NCBI GenBank assembly: GCA_003971905.1
Contig: RSEE01000148.1
Location: 62,001-119,159 of the forward strand
Direction: 5' to 3'
DNA: 57,159 nucleotides
DNA from: Moniliella sp. 'wahieum'
Taxonomy: Eukaryota
Both the position numbers and the translations under genes were made by a program. Within the stretch, counting starts at the first letter, position 1; every line of letters starts with the position of its first letter. Below the pieces are notes generated by a model. The model saw only the letters and a program-made list of their open reading frames with translations, had not been told where the DNA came from and did not search any database. Below are positions 1-13,300 of the stretch, piece after piece.

Positions 1-668
1 TCAACCTTTGTCTCCTTGGTGTTTACCGACGTACGTGTCCCCCCCCCCCCCGTCTTTTCCCTTCCTCTTTTCCCTTCCCTCGATGTTGCTTTCTTTTTTC
101 AGACTGGAACGGATAGCTGACTGGTGTGTGTGTTTCCTTGGCGCGGTGCCTCGTTCCTCGCTTTCCAGTTGCCTCAAAGTACCACTGTGGAGCAGCTGCG
201 GGACACCGTGGGCAACACGGGGCACTATGCGCAGGGCATTGACATTGACCCTGCCACGGGACAGGCGACCGTGCAGCTGCGTGACGCACCGGCGGCTGTC
301 GCTGTGCGCGAGGCACTGCACGGCCCGCATTCTACGGCCAACGCTTGTCGATCGAATCGTTATCTTCCGAGGTGGTGCAGGCAGCGGCCTCGGTACCCCC
401 CGCCGCATCGTGGCCCCTACGCCGCATCGTCGTGTCCAACTTGGCGGGCACCGTGGAGCTGGATAAGCTGGTCAGCATGTGCCTCGCAGCAGGTACCGTC
501 ACAGTTGCCCGCACGCTCGTTCGCGACGTCAACAGTAACTCCAAAGCTATGGTTCACTACAACACGGTCGAAGAGGCGGTCAAGGCGGTCAAGTTGCTCG
601 ACCGGACCATCTTTGAGAACCGCTTGATCAGGGTTCAGTTTGACATGTACAAGGCGCGCGCGCGCTAG
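1..668 (+). CDS. Tandem RRM RNA-binding protein (5'-truncated by window edge)
   Basis: Splicing out intron 31-168 (GTACGT...GCTGAC...TTCCAG) gives STFVSLVFTD|LPQSTTVEQLRDTV, an RNP2-like RRM start. A second RRM, RRIVVSNLAGTV...KAMVHYNTVEEAVKAVKLLDRTIFENRLIRVQFD, ends at TAG 666-668. One frameshift lies near 330-345. Confidence 0.75.
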
Positions 669-1634
669 GCCAGCGCACTCTGGCCTTGTGTGGGGGGTTG
701 GCTCGGATGCATCCAGCATCATGCATCCAGCATTCTATGCATCGCCATAGTATATACCACCCGAAGAGGTGCAAAAATGGGCGATCTGCCCGGATGGCGG
801 TGGCGGGGCGGCAGCGCACTCGGAACTCGGATCGCTCCCCCCTCCCCTTCCTTCCACAAGATGAATCAATTGCTTGTCCTTGTCACTGTGGTGTGTGGTA
901 TGGCCACCTCGGCGGTTGGCGCCGCTGGTTGGGTCGGGGGTCGGGGCCTCCGACCGCTTAAAGTCTTCCCGCCTTTCCGCCTTTCCCCCTTCCCCAGCTC
1001 GTCTGACCTGGACCGTAGCTTGTGCACTGCGTACGGGTTTCGGTACGGTATCGTAGTGCGGTACCAGCACATGCGTCCCATCTTGTTGGCCGCGTGCGTT
1101 GCCCGCTTTGTAGGCCCGGCCCAGATGCCCCTTGTTGCGCCCACGGGTACGCTCCACCCGGCCGATAAAGCAACGGGGGCAAGGAAGCATGGTCCAAAAG
1201 TCGCTACTGTCACTAGTCAGGCTCGTAGTCGTAAGCAATCCCAGCGCCTTGTGGCCTACACGGTCCCTCTCCCATACTTAGTCCCTTACTGTCTAGCTCT
1301 GTCGCGGCTCAAATCGCAGAGAATGGCAGCCTACGTCCACCTCCCTGGGTCCGACCAATCGCGTGGGAGCATCAAGAACAATACGATCCACACTCCGCTG
1401 GGCACTACGTTTACCAGGGCGCGGCGTTGCCGTGCTGGGCGCAAGCAATTCCATGCTATGCTATGCATTGGGGCACGCGCTCAGTCCGATTGGTACAGCG
1501 GGAGCTGCATAGCCATGGGGCCGAGAGCAAAGAGCAGAGAGTAGAGGGCTACCCCCGAGGCCAGTGGATCCAACCGAGCGTGGAGGGAACACGATGGATG
1601 GGGGCAGCGTCGCAACGCACAGGAGAGTAGGCGG

Positions 1635-2014
1635 TTACTTGGCCTGGAGCAAGGGCAGGAGCTTGCCCTGCTTGCTGAGCGCCTGCAGGTCCGAGTTGCC
1701 CCCGACGTGCTTGCCGTTGATAAACACGTTGGGCACGGTACGCTGGCCCGTCTTGGTCTGCAAGAAGCTCTGGATCGCACTGCCCTCCGGAATCACGTCC
1801 AGCTCCAACACGCCCACCGAGCCCGACGGCAGACCGAGCGAGGCGAGCAGGCTGACAAGCAGAGGCGAGGGTTAGCGAGGCACGCGACGAGACGCAAAGC
1901 GCAGGAGGAACGCATAACGCACGATTTGGTCGCGTCGCAGTACGGACAGTACGTCTTGGAGAACACGGCGACCTGGTGGCCGAGCAGCGCGTCAACAGTG
2001 CGCTCGATCGACAT
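1635..2014 (-). CDS. Dithiol glutaredoxin (CPYC)
   Basis: Exon 1 is [31 protein letters not shown]. Intron 1852-1922 (GTGCGT...GCTAAC...CAG). Exon 2 is [18 protein letters not shown]...[21 protein letters not shown]...QAK*, carrying the TVP and GG glutathione-binding motifs. Confidence 0.95.
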
Positions 2015-2140
2015 GGCGGTGGTGGTGGTGGCGACCCAACGGGGAACACTTAGAGTGCAGTGGTTTGGTCCCGCCGGCAGCTGACGTACGGCTTGCGTAA
2101 GCACCAGTCATCCATCATCCCATCGCGGCGCGTCCAAGCG

Positions 2141-2195
2141 TGAAGCTTCACTTGAAGCTTGAAGCTTGAAGCTTGAACGAAGCTTGAACGTTCGA
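2141..2195. repeat. (GAAGCTT)n 7-bp palindromic array in the divergent glutaredoxin/cap-methyltransferase promoter
   Basis: TGAAGCTTCACTTGAAGCTTGAAGCTTGAAGCTTGAACGAAGCTTGAACGTTCGA lies between the ATGs at 2014(-) and 2313(+). Confidence 0.85.
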
Positions 2196-2312
2196 CGCGG
2201 TCTCAACGGCGTTGGGACGACCTCCACCTTCATTTCTACCTCCACTTCTACCTCCTCCACCACCACCTCCTCCACCACCACACCTCCCCACCCCCCCCCC
2301 ACCCCCCCTCCG

Positions 2313-4745
2313 ATGGAACGGCGCCAGTCGGAGAGCAGTTCCGCCTCGGCGTCGTCGGCGCCGCGCCGCGCATCGCTGCTCAACCTGCTCGACGGCGGTG
2401 AGCCTGGCCCGCGTCCGCTGCTGCCGCACGCCGCGTCCTCTTCCTCGGCCTCCCTGAGCCCCGCCATTCCCACCGCGTCCTTCGGCACGCCAGCGCCCGT
2501 CTCGCCCTCCCTCGCGTCCGCGCCGCACGCGTCTGTGCCGCGCCACACGCTCGCCGCGCTGCTCAACCCGTCCCCCGACGCTGCTTCTGCCCCTTCGGTC
2601 CGACCCAAACGTCCTTCGACCTCCTACAGCCCTTCCCTCTCCTCTATGCCCGCCCACCCGCCCCTCCATATCCGGCCCCGTATCGAGCTTCTCCCACCCC
2701 ACCGACCACTCGGCCAACTCCCTCTTCTCGTCCCCCAGCATCGCCGATGCCGCCCCGCCCCCGCCTGGTCACCCACCCGATCCAGCCGATAGCGACACCC
2801 AATCCGAATCCGAATCCGAATCCCAATCTGATCCCGGCCCTCAACCTACTTCCGACCCCGATCCCGGGCCTGAGCCCGACCTTGGTCCTGACATCGCACC
2901 CGAACTTGCTTCCCATCCCGAACCCAACGGCGCCCTCCTGCCCCCGTCCGAGCAAGAGCCCGAGCAAGAACAAGAGAAAGAGCAAGAGCCCGAGCAACAG
3001 CAAGAGCAAGAACCAGAACCAGATCCCGAGTCGGAGGATGACCTGGCCAAGGAACTGGACCAAGCATGGACCAAGCCAACCCCCCGACCGTCTCGCCGGC
3101 ATCGGAACCCCTACCTGGTCCTGTAGCCAAGCTAGCCGACACCGACACGCGCATCACGCCAACCGAGCGATACCGCAAACGCCTTCGCTCGCCCACTCCG
3201 CCCGTGACCTCGAACCCAGACCACTCTCCCCCCCCCGCCCCTGGTCCGCCCGACGTGAAACGTCCGCGTGCGCATGCGCGGACTAGTTCCCTCGCCTCTC
3301 CGCCTCCTCCCAAGGTGCAATCCATGTCCTCGGCCGAGACTCTGCCGACGCCCCGCGTCGCTCGGACCGTGCTTACCACCCTACCAAGCGCGTGTCCGAG
3401 GCCAGCCCCGACCTGTTTGTTGGCTTGTCCGCCGTGGCTGTCAGCGCAATGAAGCGCGACGCTCAGGCGCGCAACGTGCTGCGCCAACGTGCTGCCGGCG
3501 TTGTTTCTGGCCTTTCCTCGGGTGCGGGTGCGGGTGCGGGAGCGGGTGCAGGAGCTGGTTCGGGCGCTACGCCTGCACCTACACCGGCGCTCGTGTCCAA
3601 CGCGACTGCCGTTGCGGGGCATTACAATGCACGTCGGGACCAAGGTGCTCAGAAACGCCAATCGTCGCCGATCTTGCCGTTGCGCAACCTGAACAATTGG
3701 GTCAAGTCGGTGGTCATGCAGCTGTTTGGGTCCGAGGCGTTGGCCCAAGCTGCTGAGGCAGGTGTGCGGGGCAGGGTGCTCGAGTTGGGCGCGGGTAAAG
3801 GTGGCGATCTGTACAAGTGGGGTCGGGTGCGTCCGACTCCAGAGGAAGTGGTGTTGTGTGATATTGCGGCAGCGTCGGTGGCCGATGCGGAACGACGGTA
3901 TGCCAGCTCGCCGTTGGCGCCTACGCCGGGGCCGTCGGGTCAACTCCAGTTGCGTCCAGGCCAGTTTCGTGCCCAGTTCCATGCGTTTGACTGTTTTGGT
4001 CAGCCGATCGAAACCTTCCTCCCGGACACCGACCGTTCTCTGTCACGAGCTTGCAATTTTGCCTCCACTATGGCTGGAGCTCCGAAGCTGCCGCACGACA
4101 AATGATGCACAACACTGCCCGTCTCCTTCGCCCGGGCGGAGTGGTGATTGCCACCCTGCCCGATCCCGATGTGATCCGCGAACGGATCGGGGCCGCGCAG
4201 GGCGCACAGGCAGGCCTCTCGTTCGGTAACAGCCGGTACAGCGTCACGTTCCCCGCTCCGTTCCAAGGTGCCGACTTTGGCGAGGCGTACATGTTTTACT
4301 TGGAGGACGCAGTGACGAATGTGGTCGAGTATGTGGTGCCGTGGCAAGCCATGATCCGCATTGCTGAAGAGGTAGGTTTACGACCTGAATGGCGTCGCAC
4401 CTTTTCCGACTTTGTCAATGAGTATCGCGATCATCGCGCTTACGGCACCCAGTTCCATCGCTTGGTTCATCCCCTCCATGGACCGGAACCCATCCGCCAC
4501 GATTTGTGGCAAGCTGCCAGTACGTCCTTTCTTTCTTCCTTTCTTTCTTCCTTTTTCTCCCTTTCTTTCTCCCTTTCTCTTTCTCTTTCTCTTTCTCTTT
4601 CGTTGCTCTTCTTTCCTTTCCTTTCTTTCCTATTCTTTCTTTCCTATTCTTTCGTCCCGTCCGGGATCGGTGTACTGACTCCACCCCTGCCCCTCCTTCT
4701 TGTCCACTAGCTCTGTACCAGGCCGTCGCATTTGTCAAAGTGTAA
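2313..4745 (+). CDS. ABD1: mRNA cap guanine-N7 methyltransferase (Abd1/RNMT family) with long low-complexity N-terminus
   Basis: Motifs: VAGHYN...RQSSPILPLRNLNNWVKSV, SAM-binding VLELGAGKGGDLYKW, QFCLHY...LRPGGVVIATLPD, YMFYLEDAV..VVEYVVPW. Last intron 4520-4710 (GTACGT...ACTGAC...TAG) gives LWQAAT-LYQAVAFVKV* (TAA 4743-4745). Several frameshifts; start at 2313 is inferred. Confidence 0.9.
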
Positions 4746-5525
4746 CGGTTGACGGCGCGTGGCGCAGCTGCCACGTAGAAGGCGTTCCTGCGGCGGCGGG
4801 GGGAGATACGTGCTTGGTTGGCCGTGGCGCTCGGCCCAGGCTGCTGTGGAGCAGACATTTGGCGCCACTGGTCCCATAGCCCACCAAGCAAGGGAGACTT
4901 TCCCGTTCCCTTTCGTGCTCCCCCCTCTGTGCTGCGTACCCTCTTGCGGTCCATGGGCGGGCGCACCGAGCCCACTGCCATGGCCGACAGGACATGACAT
5001 GTTCTGACATGACAGTGCGACTGCCAGTCGGGGCACTTGGCCCCAGCGCTTATGGCCGCGAGCAGGGTTCGGGTCCGGTGCGGTGCGGTGCTCGGTTCCG
5101 AGGCTCCTTTCCGGCCTCAGGGATTCCACAGGGATCTGTGCGCCAAACACCCGAGTTCTCAACGAGCCGCGAGCGGGTTCCGCTCAAGCTCATCCGTCCA
5201 TTAATGAAAACGATCTATGACACGTCACGTACACGTACACGTACACGTCGCGTTAAGCCAAGTCTAGTCTCTCATGAACGTCATGAAGTTAACGTGGAAT
5301 GTTGGTCCAAGTACAAGTGCCATGTACATCTTCTCATCAGCTGCTATAGACGCACGAGGCGATGGTCTGGATGGGTTAGGATGGGATGGAATGGGATGCA
5401 AGTAGTTGCCTTTTTCCGACAAGGGTGCGCCATGGCGCAGATGGCAATATGGATTGGATGGTACGTGCAACGACAATGAAAATAACGGCCCAGTGTGCGC
5501 AATGCAATCTCCTGCTCTGGGCAGG

Positions 5526-8012
5526 CTACTTGCCCGGCTCGGGCGGGACAATCTGGTAGAGCTGGGACTGCTTGTGGGCCAAGCGCGCCGTCTCCTCCGC
5601 CGAGTCGGCAGAGAGATAACCCTCCTCCTCCTCCTCATCCGCTGCCCCCACCACATCCTCCTCGTCCGACGCTGGGCCAAACATCCCGCTCTGCAACAGC
5701 CCCGCCCGCACATCCACCGCCCGCAGCGGCTGGCCATCCATCGCCGGCATCGCCCACGCCACCTGCGGGTGACGCGCGGCGTGCGGCCGCGCGACTGCTG
5801 CGAGGGCGAGCGGGAGGTGGTGCGGGGAGACGGGGTCGCGCGCGTCGCCTGGACGACTGGTGGCGCGTGAGCGTGCGCGGCTACGCGAGCGGTCGGAGCG
5901 AGGCGCACCAGCCGAGGCAGAACGCGACTGGGACCGCGTACGCATCGCTGCCAAGTCGGCCTGCAGCGCCTGGACCAAGCTCACGCTGTTACTCTGTTCT
6001 TCCCCGGCGCGCTTCTCGATCGCAATGAGTTCCTCGAGCGTCTGGCCACACGCACAGTGGCTGTGCGACTCGTGCTCGTTGGGGCCCTGCCACTCGTCCC
6101 GCCCCTGCGGCGGCACAGGCTGCGAGTCCAACGCCGAATACGACGGCAGACGCACAGAGTCGTACTTAGCCGCACACGATGGTAGGTCAATGTCCCAGCT
6201 GGCCTGGTACACGTGCACCGGCTGCTTCGCCCGCCCGCTCCCGTTGGGCCCCACCACCGGCGCCTCGAGCCCAGGAAGCGTGTACCGGATCTGGCACACC
6301 ATCTGGTGCGCCACACGGATCGCACTCTGGCTCCCGGCCAACGACGTCGGGCGCACCGCATCGTCCGTCGGCAGCCGAGTCACCCACTCCCCCTGCACAC
6401 TCCGCCTCGCAGGTGCGGCAGGTGTGGTAGGTGCCGCTGGTGGGGAGCCTGCCGGTCCCGATGCATCCCGTGGCTCGCATCCCGATGCGCGCGCCAGCCC
6501 AATATCCCCCGACCCATCTTCTCGGCCGCGGCCGGCCCCTCGCGCGCCACGGGATCCAACCGCCTTGGAGCAGCGGGTGGATCCTGTCTGTTCTCGCTCT
6601 CGGTCTGGGTCTCGGTTTGGGTCTCACCTGTTCCACCGTCAAGTCCGACCCGTCGGAATCGACGAGCGGGTGAGATTCCAGCGGACAATTCTCCCCATCT
6701 GGGGCTTTCGGCGCGAATGTAAGGTTACCCTCTGCAACAGTTTGGCCGTAACGCGAACCAGGTGCGCTTCGGCCGGCACACATGGCATGGACAAGGCGAA
6801 GCGCATGTACCCCCCCACTGTGAGGTGCTGCGAACGCGCCGTGATCAGCAAAGGTCCCAAATCTGTCTCGGCATGGTGGTTGAACGAGTAGGCTAGCGCA
6901 CCATCGTGCGTAGGCAAGGCCACAGGGAACGCATTCTGGTTCCCCACCCCGCGGTCAAATGGCAATGCAGACAGACAGACAGACAGGCAGGCAGGCAGAT
7001 AACGAGGGTCAGAGATAAGCTTCAGCGAAAGTTGGGGCCCGGGGGGGGGGGGGGGGAAGGGGAAAGCACAGGAAGAAAAAAGAAAGCAAGAGAAGGCAAG
7101 AAGGGAAAAAGACGTACCTTGGACGCAGTCAAAACCTTGCGTCCCGAACCCAGCAGCCCCCCGCCTGCATTGAGGGTGAGCTTGGCGGTAAGGCGGTAGT
7201 ACAGCCGGCCGTACCGACAGCGCTCGTACGGCGGCACATGCTGGAATCTCAAAAATAAAGTCCCCACGAGTACATCCTGCCCGGCTCGAGGTGCAGCGAC
7301 GCAGGTGGCGTCGCGGGCGGATGGAGGTCCAAGCTCGACGCACGCGTGCTGGGCCCGGCCGAGGAAACGGCCGACGAGGGCTGGGTCTTGCCGCGGTCGT
7401 AAAACGCCAGCGCGGCGGGGACTGGGGTGTGGTGGGAGGCGGTGCTGGTCGAGCCAGAGACCGAGGCGGGGTGGGCGACGAAGGCGGGGGCGAGTGGGAA
7501 GGCGTGACAAACGCCGTGGTGGGATCCACCACCTGCGTCTCGTCCAACACCTTCTCCAGCACAAACGGCGTGTTCTGCTCCATCGCTGCGCCCGACACGA
7601 ACCCCAGGTTCTCGCGGCCTTGCAACGAACACTCGAGCTTGTGCACGCCCGCCCGCAGCACCTTGGCCTTGACACCGGCATCGGACGGCACGGTGAGGTG
7701 GACCGTGGCGACGTACAGCGCGCCGCGGCCGCCGCCGCGCTCGCTCAGCGCCTCGCGCACGCTCGCAGCAGCAGCGCAGGGTCAACGGGGTAGACAAAAA
7801 GATGTCGTTCTCGGCGGTCGTGATGCTGAGCTCCATCGAGGGGGTGTTGGCAGGGAGGACGACAGGGCCGGTGGTGGCGGGCAAAGACGTGCTTGGGCTG
7901 CTCGGGGCAGGGTCCTGTTGGTGCAATTGCGGGTTAACCCTGTGTTAGTAGCGTCTCAGTGCGCCCGGCCGACGACTAGCAGCCGCCGGGCTTACTTACT
8001 TTGTTGGCCCAT
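5526..8012 (-). CDS. Arrestin-like (alpha-arrestin/ART-type) adaptor protein, putative
   Basis: Reconstructed start MGQQSK, intron 7940-7995 (GTAAGC...CTAAC...CAG), then VNPQLHQQD...MELSITTAENDIFL. Beta-sandwich-like segments: FIFEIPA..P.YERCRYGRLYYRLTAKLTL, (intron 6936-7117), GPLLITARSQHLTVGG, RPTSLAGSQSAIRVAHQMVCQIRY. A PY-type LPSY motif lies near the C-terminus. Frameshifted; family assigned by motif resemblance only. Confidence 0.55.
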
Positions 8013-8761
8013 CCCAGTCCTGCCGATTCCGATCCGCCACGGACCACACCGCCCCGACAGGCCCTGAAAAAAACGCAAGGAAAAAAGCGCCGGCTCGCCG
8101 CCTGTGTCTTGGACTAATGAGTACTTAACATTATTTGAGCTACGTGTGCCTGAGGGGAATATGTTTAGAAGTGCCGCGTAACGCACAACGCGTAACGATG
8201 CAACCGCGAGACTGCGGCAAATCCTGCAACCGCCACATGCCCCTGGCCCCCAGCAGCGCACCCGGCCGACCGACCGTATCCCCGCGATCCAGGTCTCGGA
8301 AAGGTCGACATGGCCGCGGCCTCTGTCCGTCCCACCCTCCCTTCCCCTCCGTCCTCCCCGTCGTCCGTGCCAATCTGGGCTGGGTGTGGAACGTGGAAAG
8401 CCCACCGTGGGCGACGAGACAGAGACGATCGATGGCCTGGAAGAGGCGGATGGATCGAGGGGAATGCAAGTCGCAGCCGAAGCACATCGAACCCATCGAA
8501 GCTGGCAGCGGCCACACCATTTAAATCCACTCGCCTTTTCTGTCTCCCTCGGTGCAACTCGCCTTTGCACCGACGCGTACGTGGGTTGAAATTGCAAGAG
8601 TCCGTAGTTGAACGTTGAACATTGAGCCTGGGCAGCGTGTTAGGTAAGGACAGTACTGTCTGCTAGGACTATATCCACCCTCTGCTCGCCCATCCGTATC
8701 ATAATCCAGTCGCATTCCCATCGGCCGTCGACGTCGACGCGTGCTGCTCGTCGCCACGGCC

Positions 8762-10208
8762 TCAGTCAAAGCCCACCTGCTGGTTGGCCACATCAAACGA
8801 CACGACCGTCTCCTGGAACAGACTGTCGCCCAGCGTCCAGCTGTCCTGGCCCAGGTCCGCGCCAATCACCGCCAGCACACACTGCCCGTCGTTGGTCGTG
8901 CCAAACGAAATCGTGTCCTTCGACAGCGCAATCGTCTTGGACCCAAACGTAAAGCTCACCGACGGCGGCGAGTTGCAGTCGTACGCCGCCATCAGCTGCC
9001 GGTTCTGCGTAAAGCTCTGCAGACCCAGCGACTGGAACAGCGCCTTGGCCTCCGACGGAGGCGCCACAATCACCGTCGTACCTGGTACGCAAACGACAGA
9101 TACGATAGGATGCAGATACTGCGTCAGCAATCCAACGCCCAACAACCATATCGCGCCGAGGGTGCAAACGACCATATAGACCTGATAGGGAAAAAAAGGA
9201 TACGCACCCGAATCAACAATCGCAGCCGGCACCGCCTTGCCATTGACCTTGGCGTCCACGCCCCAGTACGAAGCATCCGTCACGGGCACGTACGTAGCCG
9301 TCGAGCTCTTCGAGCCCAAGGTGAGCGATGAACCCGAGGTTCGCAGCTTGAACATAAATGCCTGTTCGTCCAGGACGCCAGCCTTGATCAACGAGTAAAA
9401 GTACGGCTCCTGTTCCGGGAACTCGGCAAGGTTGGGGAAAGCCATGCCACTGATCCCCTTGTTGTTGCCCTCGCTGCTATCGATAAACTGAGTTTGGCTC
9501 AACCCAATGTACGCCTTGTCGGCAGACAGACCGCCAATCGTCAACTTGTCCGAGTAGATGTTCCCCGAGGCCTGCGTGCCATCCGCGTACGGTCTTGGAA
9601 CTTGTTGCCCGTTGGAGGAGGAAGAGGACGAGCCCGGGTTGTACGCACCGGGATTGACGAGCGTGTCGCTAGATCCCGTGTCAAAGTCTATTATTGACCA
9701 CGCAGGAGGACATGGGAAATACACACACAAAAGCAAAGTCAGTTTCATGCTCTGATCAACGCAGTGTGGGAACAGGACGATGTTGGTGTTGTGGCCAATG
9801 TAGAACCAGCATACAACGCAGACCATCCAACGTACCAATGTAGATCTGTTGCGCCGGCGAGCCAAAGGCAATTTGACCGGACCACAGCTGACCATTATCC
9901 TGGTCCCCTAGTGCCACCGTGCCAGTCGACCGACCGACCAATTTGTGCCGCGCATCCCGAGCATGTTTCTTGCCCGTGTTGCGCTCGTACGCAGCCAAGT
10001 TCTTGGTGTACTTGGTGCGCAGACGTGCCACTTCCTGGGAAAGCTTGGCCATGTCGATCGAGCCATCGGAACGCGTCATGAGCCGGTCAGCACGCCGCGC
10101 GAGTGGGATCTCAACGGTCCGGCCGATGCCCGACGGAGAAGGCATAGCCGAAGCACTGATCGTACCCAGGGCCAAGGCAAGCGCAGCAAAGTTGGTAGAG
10201 AAGTGCAT
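8762..10208 (-). CDS. Secreted pepsin-like (A1) aspartic protease
   Basis: Signal peptide MHFSTNFAALALALGTISASA plus a basic propeptide. Intron 9688-9835 restores QIYIDFDTGSSD (catalytic Asp 1). Intron 9082-9207 restores AIVDSGTTVI (catalytic Asp 2). Also has YADGT flap and C-terminal WTLGDSLF...FDVANQQVGF. Confidence 0.95.
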
Positions 10209-10338
10209 GGTGAGAGAGTGGAGGTAAAGGGAAAGAAGCTTGGAGAGAGAAAGCTTGGAGAGAGAAGAGATGGTCGGTGCGGGGAGGCGGGTGGTGGGTG
10301 GTGGGAATTGTCGATGGAGATCAAGCCAAAGCACTGGG

Positions 10339-10347
10339 GTTATATAC
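10339..10347 (-). promoter_or_regulatory. Candidate TATA box of the aspartic protease gene
   Basis: Minus-strand GTATATAA about 130 nt upstream of the ATG at 10208, followed by a CT-rich leader. Confidence 0.4.
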
Positions 10348-13300
10348 TAATCGCGCGTGCCTTTCTGTTTCTCCTGCAGGTAGTCACTGCCCACCCCGCC
10401 TCTTGATGTGCTATCGCGACCACTATCTCGTAGCGCCTCGCAGATCGCAGATGGCCAGATACGCCCGGATCTCGCATCGCACATCTCATCGGTCTGAGAT
10501 CTCAACGGAGGCAGCGGATCAAATGGTGTTGAAAGTACATCTGGATCGCTTTTCGAATCGCCACTAGAGCGGTGTGCGCTGGCCACATACATGCTCCTGT
10601 CGGGCGTGTGGGTAGCTCTGAGACCTGAAAGAAGGATCAAGCTTCCAAACAAGCCCAACCACGAGGCCCACCTGTAACAATCGTATTCCTCCCTGTTCCT
10701 CACACGGTCTCATCGCACTCTCCGATTGGCGCTCTCCGTGGTGGCGTTCCGGTACGCGGCAAACGTGGGTAACCGTAGACAGTGAAGCTAGTGAGCGCTG
10801 AGCGTTGAAACTGGCTCGCGTTGTATTGAGGAAAGTGACTGGTTGAGTTGAGAACTCAGACTGGGTATGCCGAGGAGTGCGTAATGAGTCTCATTTCTCA
10901 GACCGAGTAGTACCGGGACGAGCACCTCAACTCTGCGCCACGTTGGCGAGGTGGGGTGAGGCGCTCAGGCTGCGCCGTGGAACCGCGGTAGAGGTGTGAA
11001 TATGGTGATAGCCTGTAACATGGAACATCTGACTGCCTAGTCACTACTAGTCACCAATCCCGTGAATATGAATCCCAGTCCGTATCGTCACAGTCACTCG
11101 ATCGTCCCACACACCCAAACACATGAATCGTAAAAGCGCAGGGCGCAGTTGTTTTCACATCCGCTCTCCATTCTTTTCTTCCGCCCGCCAACGAGAGCCG
11201 GTATTTGTAAATGGATCCCATTGTGTGGTGTCCACCCGGCCCACAGCAGGCTGTGCTGGATTGCCAATGTTGTGCTTGGGCGCGGCATGCCAAACCAGTC
11301 TAACGATGCTCTGCTATCCATCTTCAAGCTGGCAGTTGAAAGTGATCAGTATAGGTAAGCCTTACCGCTTAGCATATAGGTGTGGTGATATGTCGCCACT
11401 TTTTGTCCACCATCCAACCGACACCATAACCATATGCTTCCACTCCAATCGCTCTGCTTCAAGCTCTGTTCACTAGTCACTCACCTCCTCCTCACTACCG
11501 TAAACTGCTACTGTAACGTGTGTAATTCTCTGCCTACATCCTACAGTGCTGTAGCTGTTGCCGTCGGGGATGCTGTTGGAGTATCAGCTGGGCAGCATGT
11601 GGTTAGGGCGTAAAGTGTTCTGCAGAATTCTCTTGAACATTCGTCCATGCGGCCTTGTCCTACGGCCTAAGGCCTGATGAGGAGATTATCATGATGATGT
11701 TCACCACCTGGTACACTCTTTCCGCGGCAGCGCGAACAATACCATAGGCCATCACCACATGCACAAGCCCGACCAGTAGGAAACAAGTAGGAAGATCACA
11801 CGTATATACTGCGGTATGCTACAACCTGCTACGACGCCTCTGTTACCCTGTAAAAGCGAGAAATGCGTTCTATAGTAGATCTAAGACCAAATGCCAATAA
11901 ACGTTAACCGGTTTGGCACGTTGACACAGTCACTATAGCTGGAATCCACACTATATGATGACTGCATGGGCCTGTTAGCCAATCGTTAATGATGATCGAT
12001 GAAGCAGATGTGGTGGCTGGGATTGCGGGGTGTACTGTCGTGTGGGGGGCGTGGCGCTCGTGAAGCAGGAAGCTTAAGTTGCCATTGAAGCACGAAACGC
12101 GGAGAAGAGAGGTGATCCGTGACGCATGAGTACACGAGTACTGGAGTAGTGAAGCTATAGTGACTGCTAAAGGACGCTGCTGAGCGCTGACAGTATGGAG
12201 TGCTCGATGTATGTGTTGCGCAGAACTTGTATTGGTTGTGGGTCGCCAGTGTGGGCCGCAGGAGGAGGGAGTAATAGCAGTGGAGGAGCGGGGAAAACAA
12301 GGTGTTCGTTGAATCGAACAGTGTTGCCACGTTGTGCAAGTGACCGAAGTGACTCGCTGGTAGTGACTACTACTAGTGACTATAGTGCCTATCATATCAG
12401 CCAGGAATGGCAATGATCCAGATCAACGATTACTTAGTAGTTACTAGTTACTGACGCGGAGGATGGGATAACGTCGATGATCGAGAAGACGGCACAAATT
12501 CACACATCAGACCAACGCGCAAAAGGGCCAATGCGCCCAAACGCGCCAAAGGATGTGTTTCCAGCCCTCCCATGCCCCAGCAACCACGTGCTCATGCGTT
12601 CCGCTTCCCCGGTCCCCAGGCATCCCCACACACGACCCAGCTCGCCGTCGAACCGGGACAAAGATTCCTTCCTACTATGGGAACGGTTTTGATGAGGTTG
12701 TGATCTCACTCGTCACCGAGTCACTAAGTATACAGTGACGCTAGTGACGAGAGCGACGCGTTATTGATTCCAATACAAACATGCTCGCAACGAGATCCAA
12801 CGGGACACAGACCTTTTCGTATCGATCATGCGAGTCGAGCCAGGCGCACGCATCACATCAATGTTTCCCACTAGGGCGCCTACGATGGCCGGTGGCCATC
12901 CCATATCCGTCGACATCCCGTCTGCACGTCACTTGAGATTCAGTCCTGAATGTGCTCAGAGTAATATATACACTCAGGGTACTCTCAGGACTCAATTCAG
13001 TATTCACATGAATCCCCACAGAAACCACCACAGCCACACTAATCAATGAATCACTCCCTAGTACTTTAGTACTAGTTACTACTTTCGAGTCCGTCACTAC
13101 GACTATAGTCACAGCGTCACAGCGTCACAGTGACTATCGGGACTATAGCTGATGTTCATGTGATATGTCCCGGCAACGCCACTGTGATGCCTTTTGCCAC
13201 GCCAGTTGGGTCCTTGCTGCGGTCGTGTTGAGTCCCACACCTTCTCCACAGCGTAACCTATGATGCGCATGACGTGCATGACGAGGCGTCGTCCCAAACC

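Noticed and set aside
690..1544. 284-aa plus-strand ORF and the many long antisense or alternate-frame ORFs over real genes
   Set aside because: Non-ATG starts, no motifs, and expected by chance in high-GC, stop-poor DNA.
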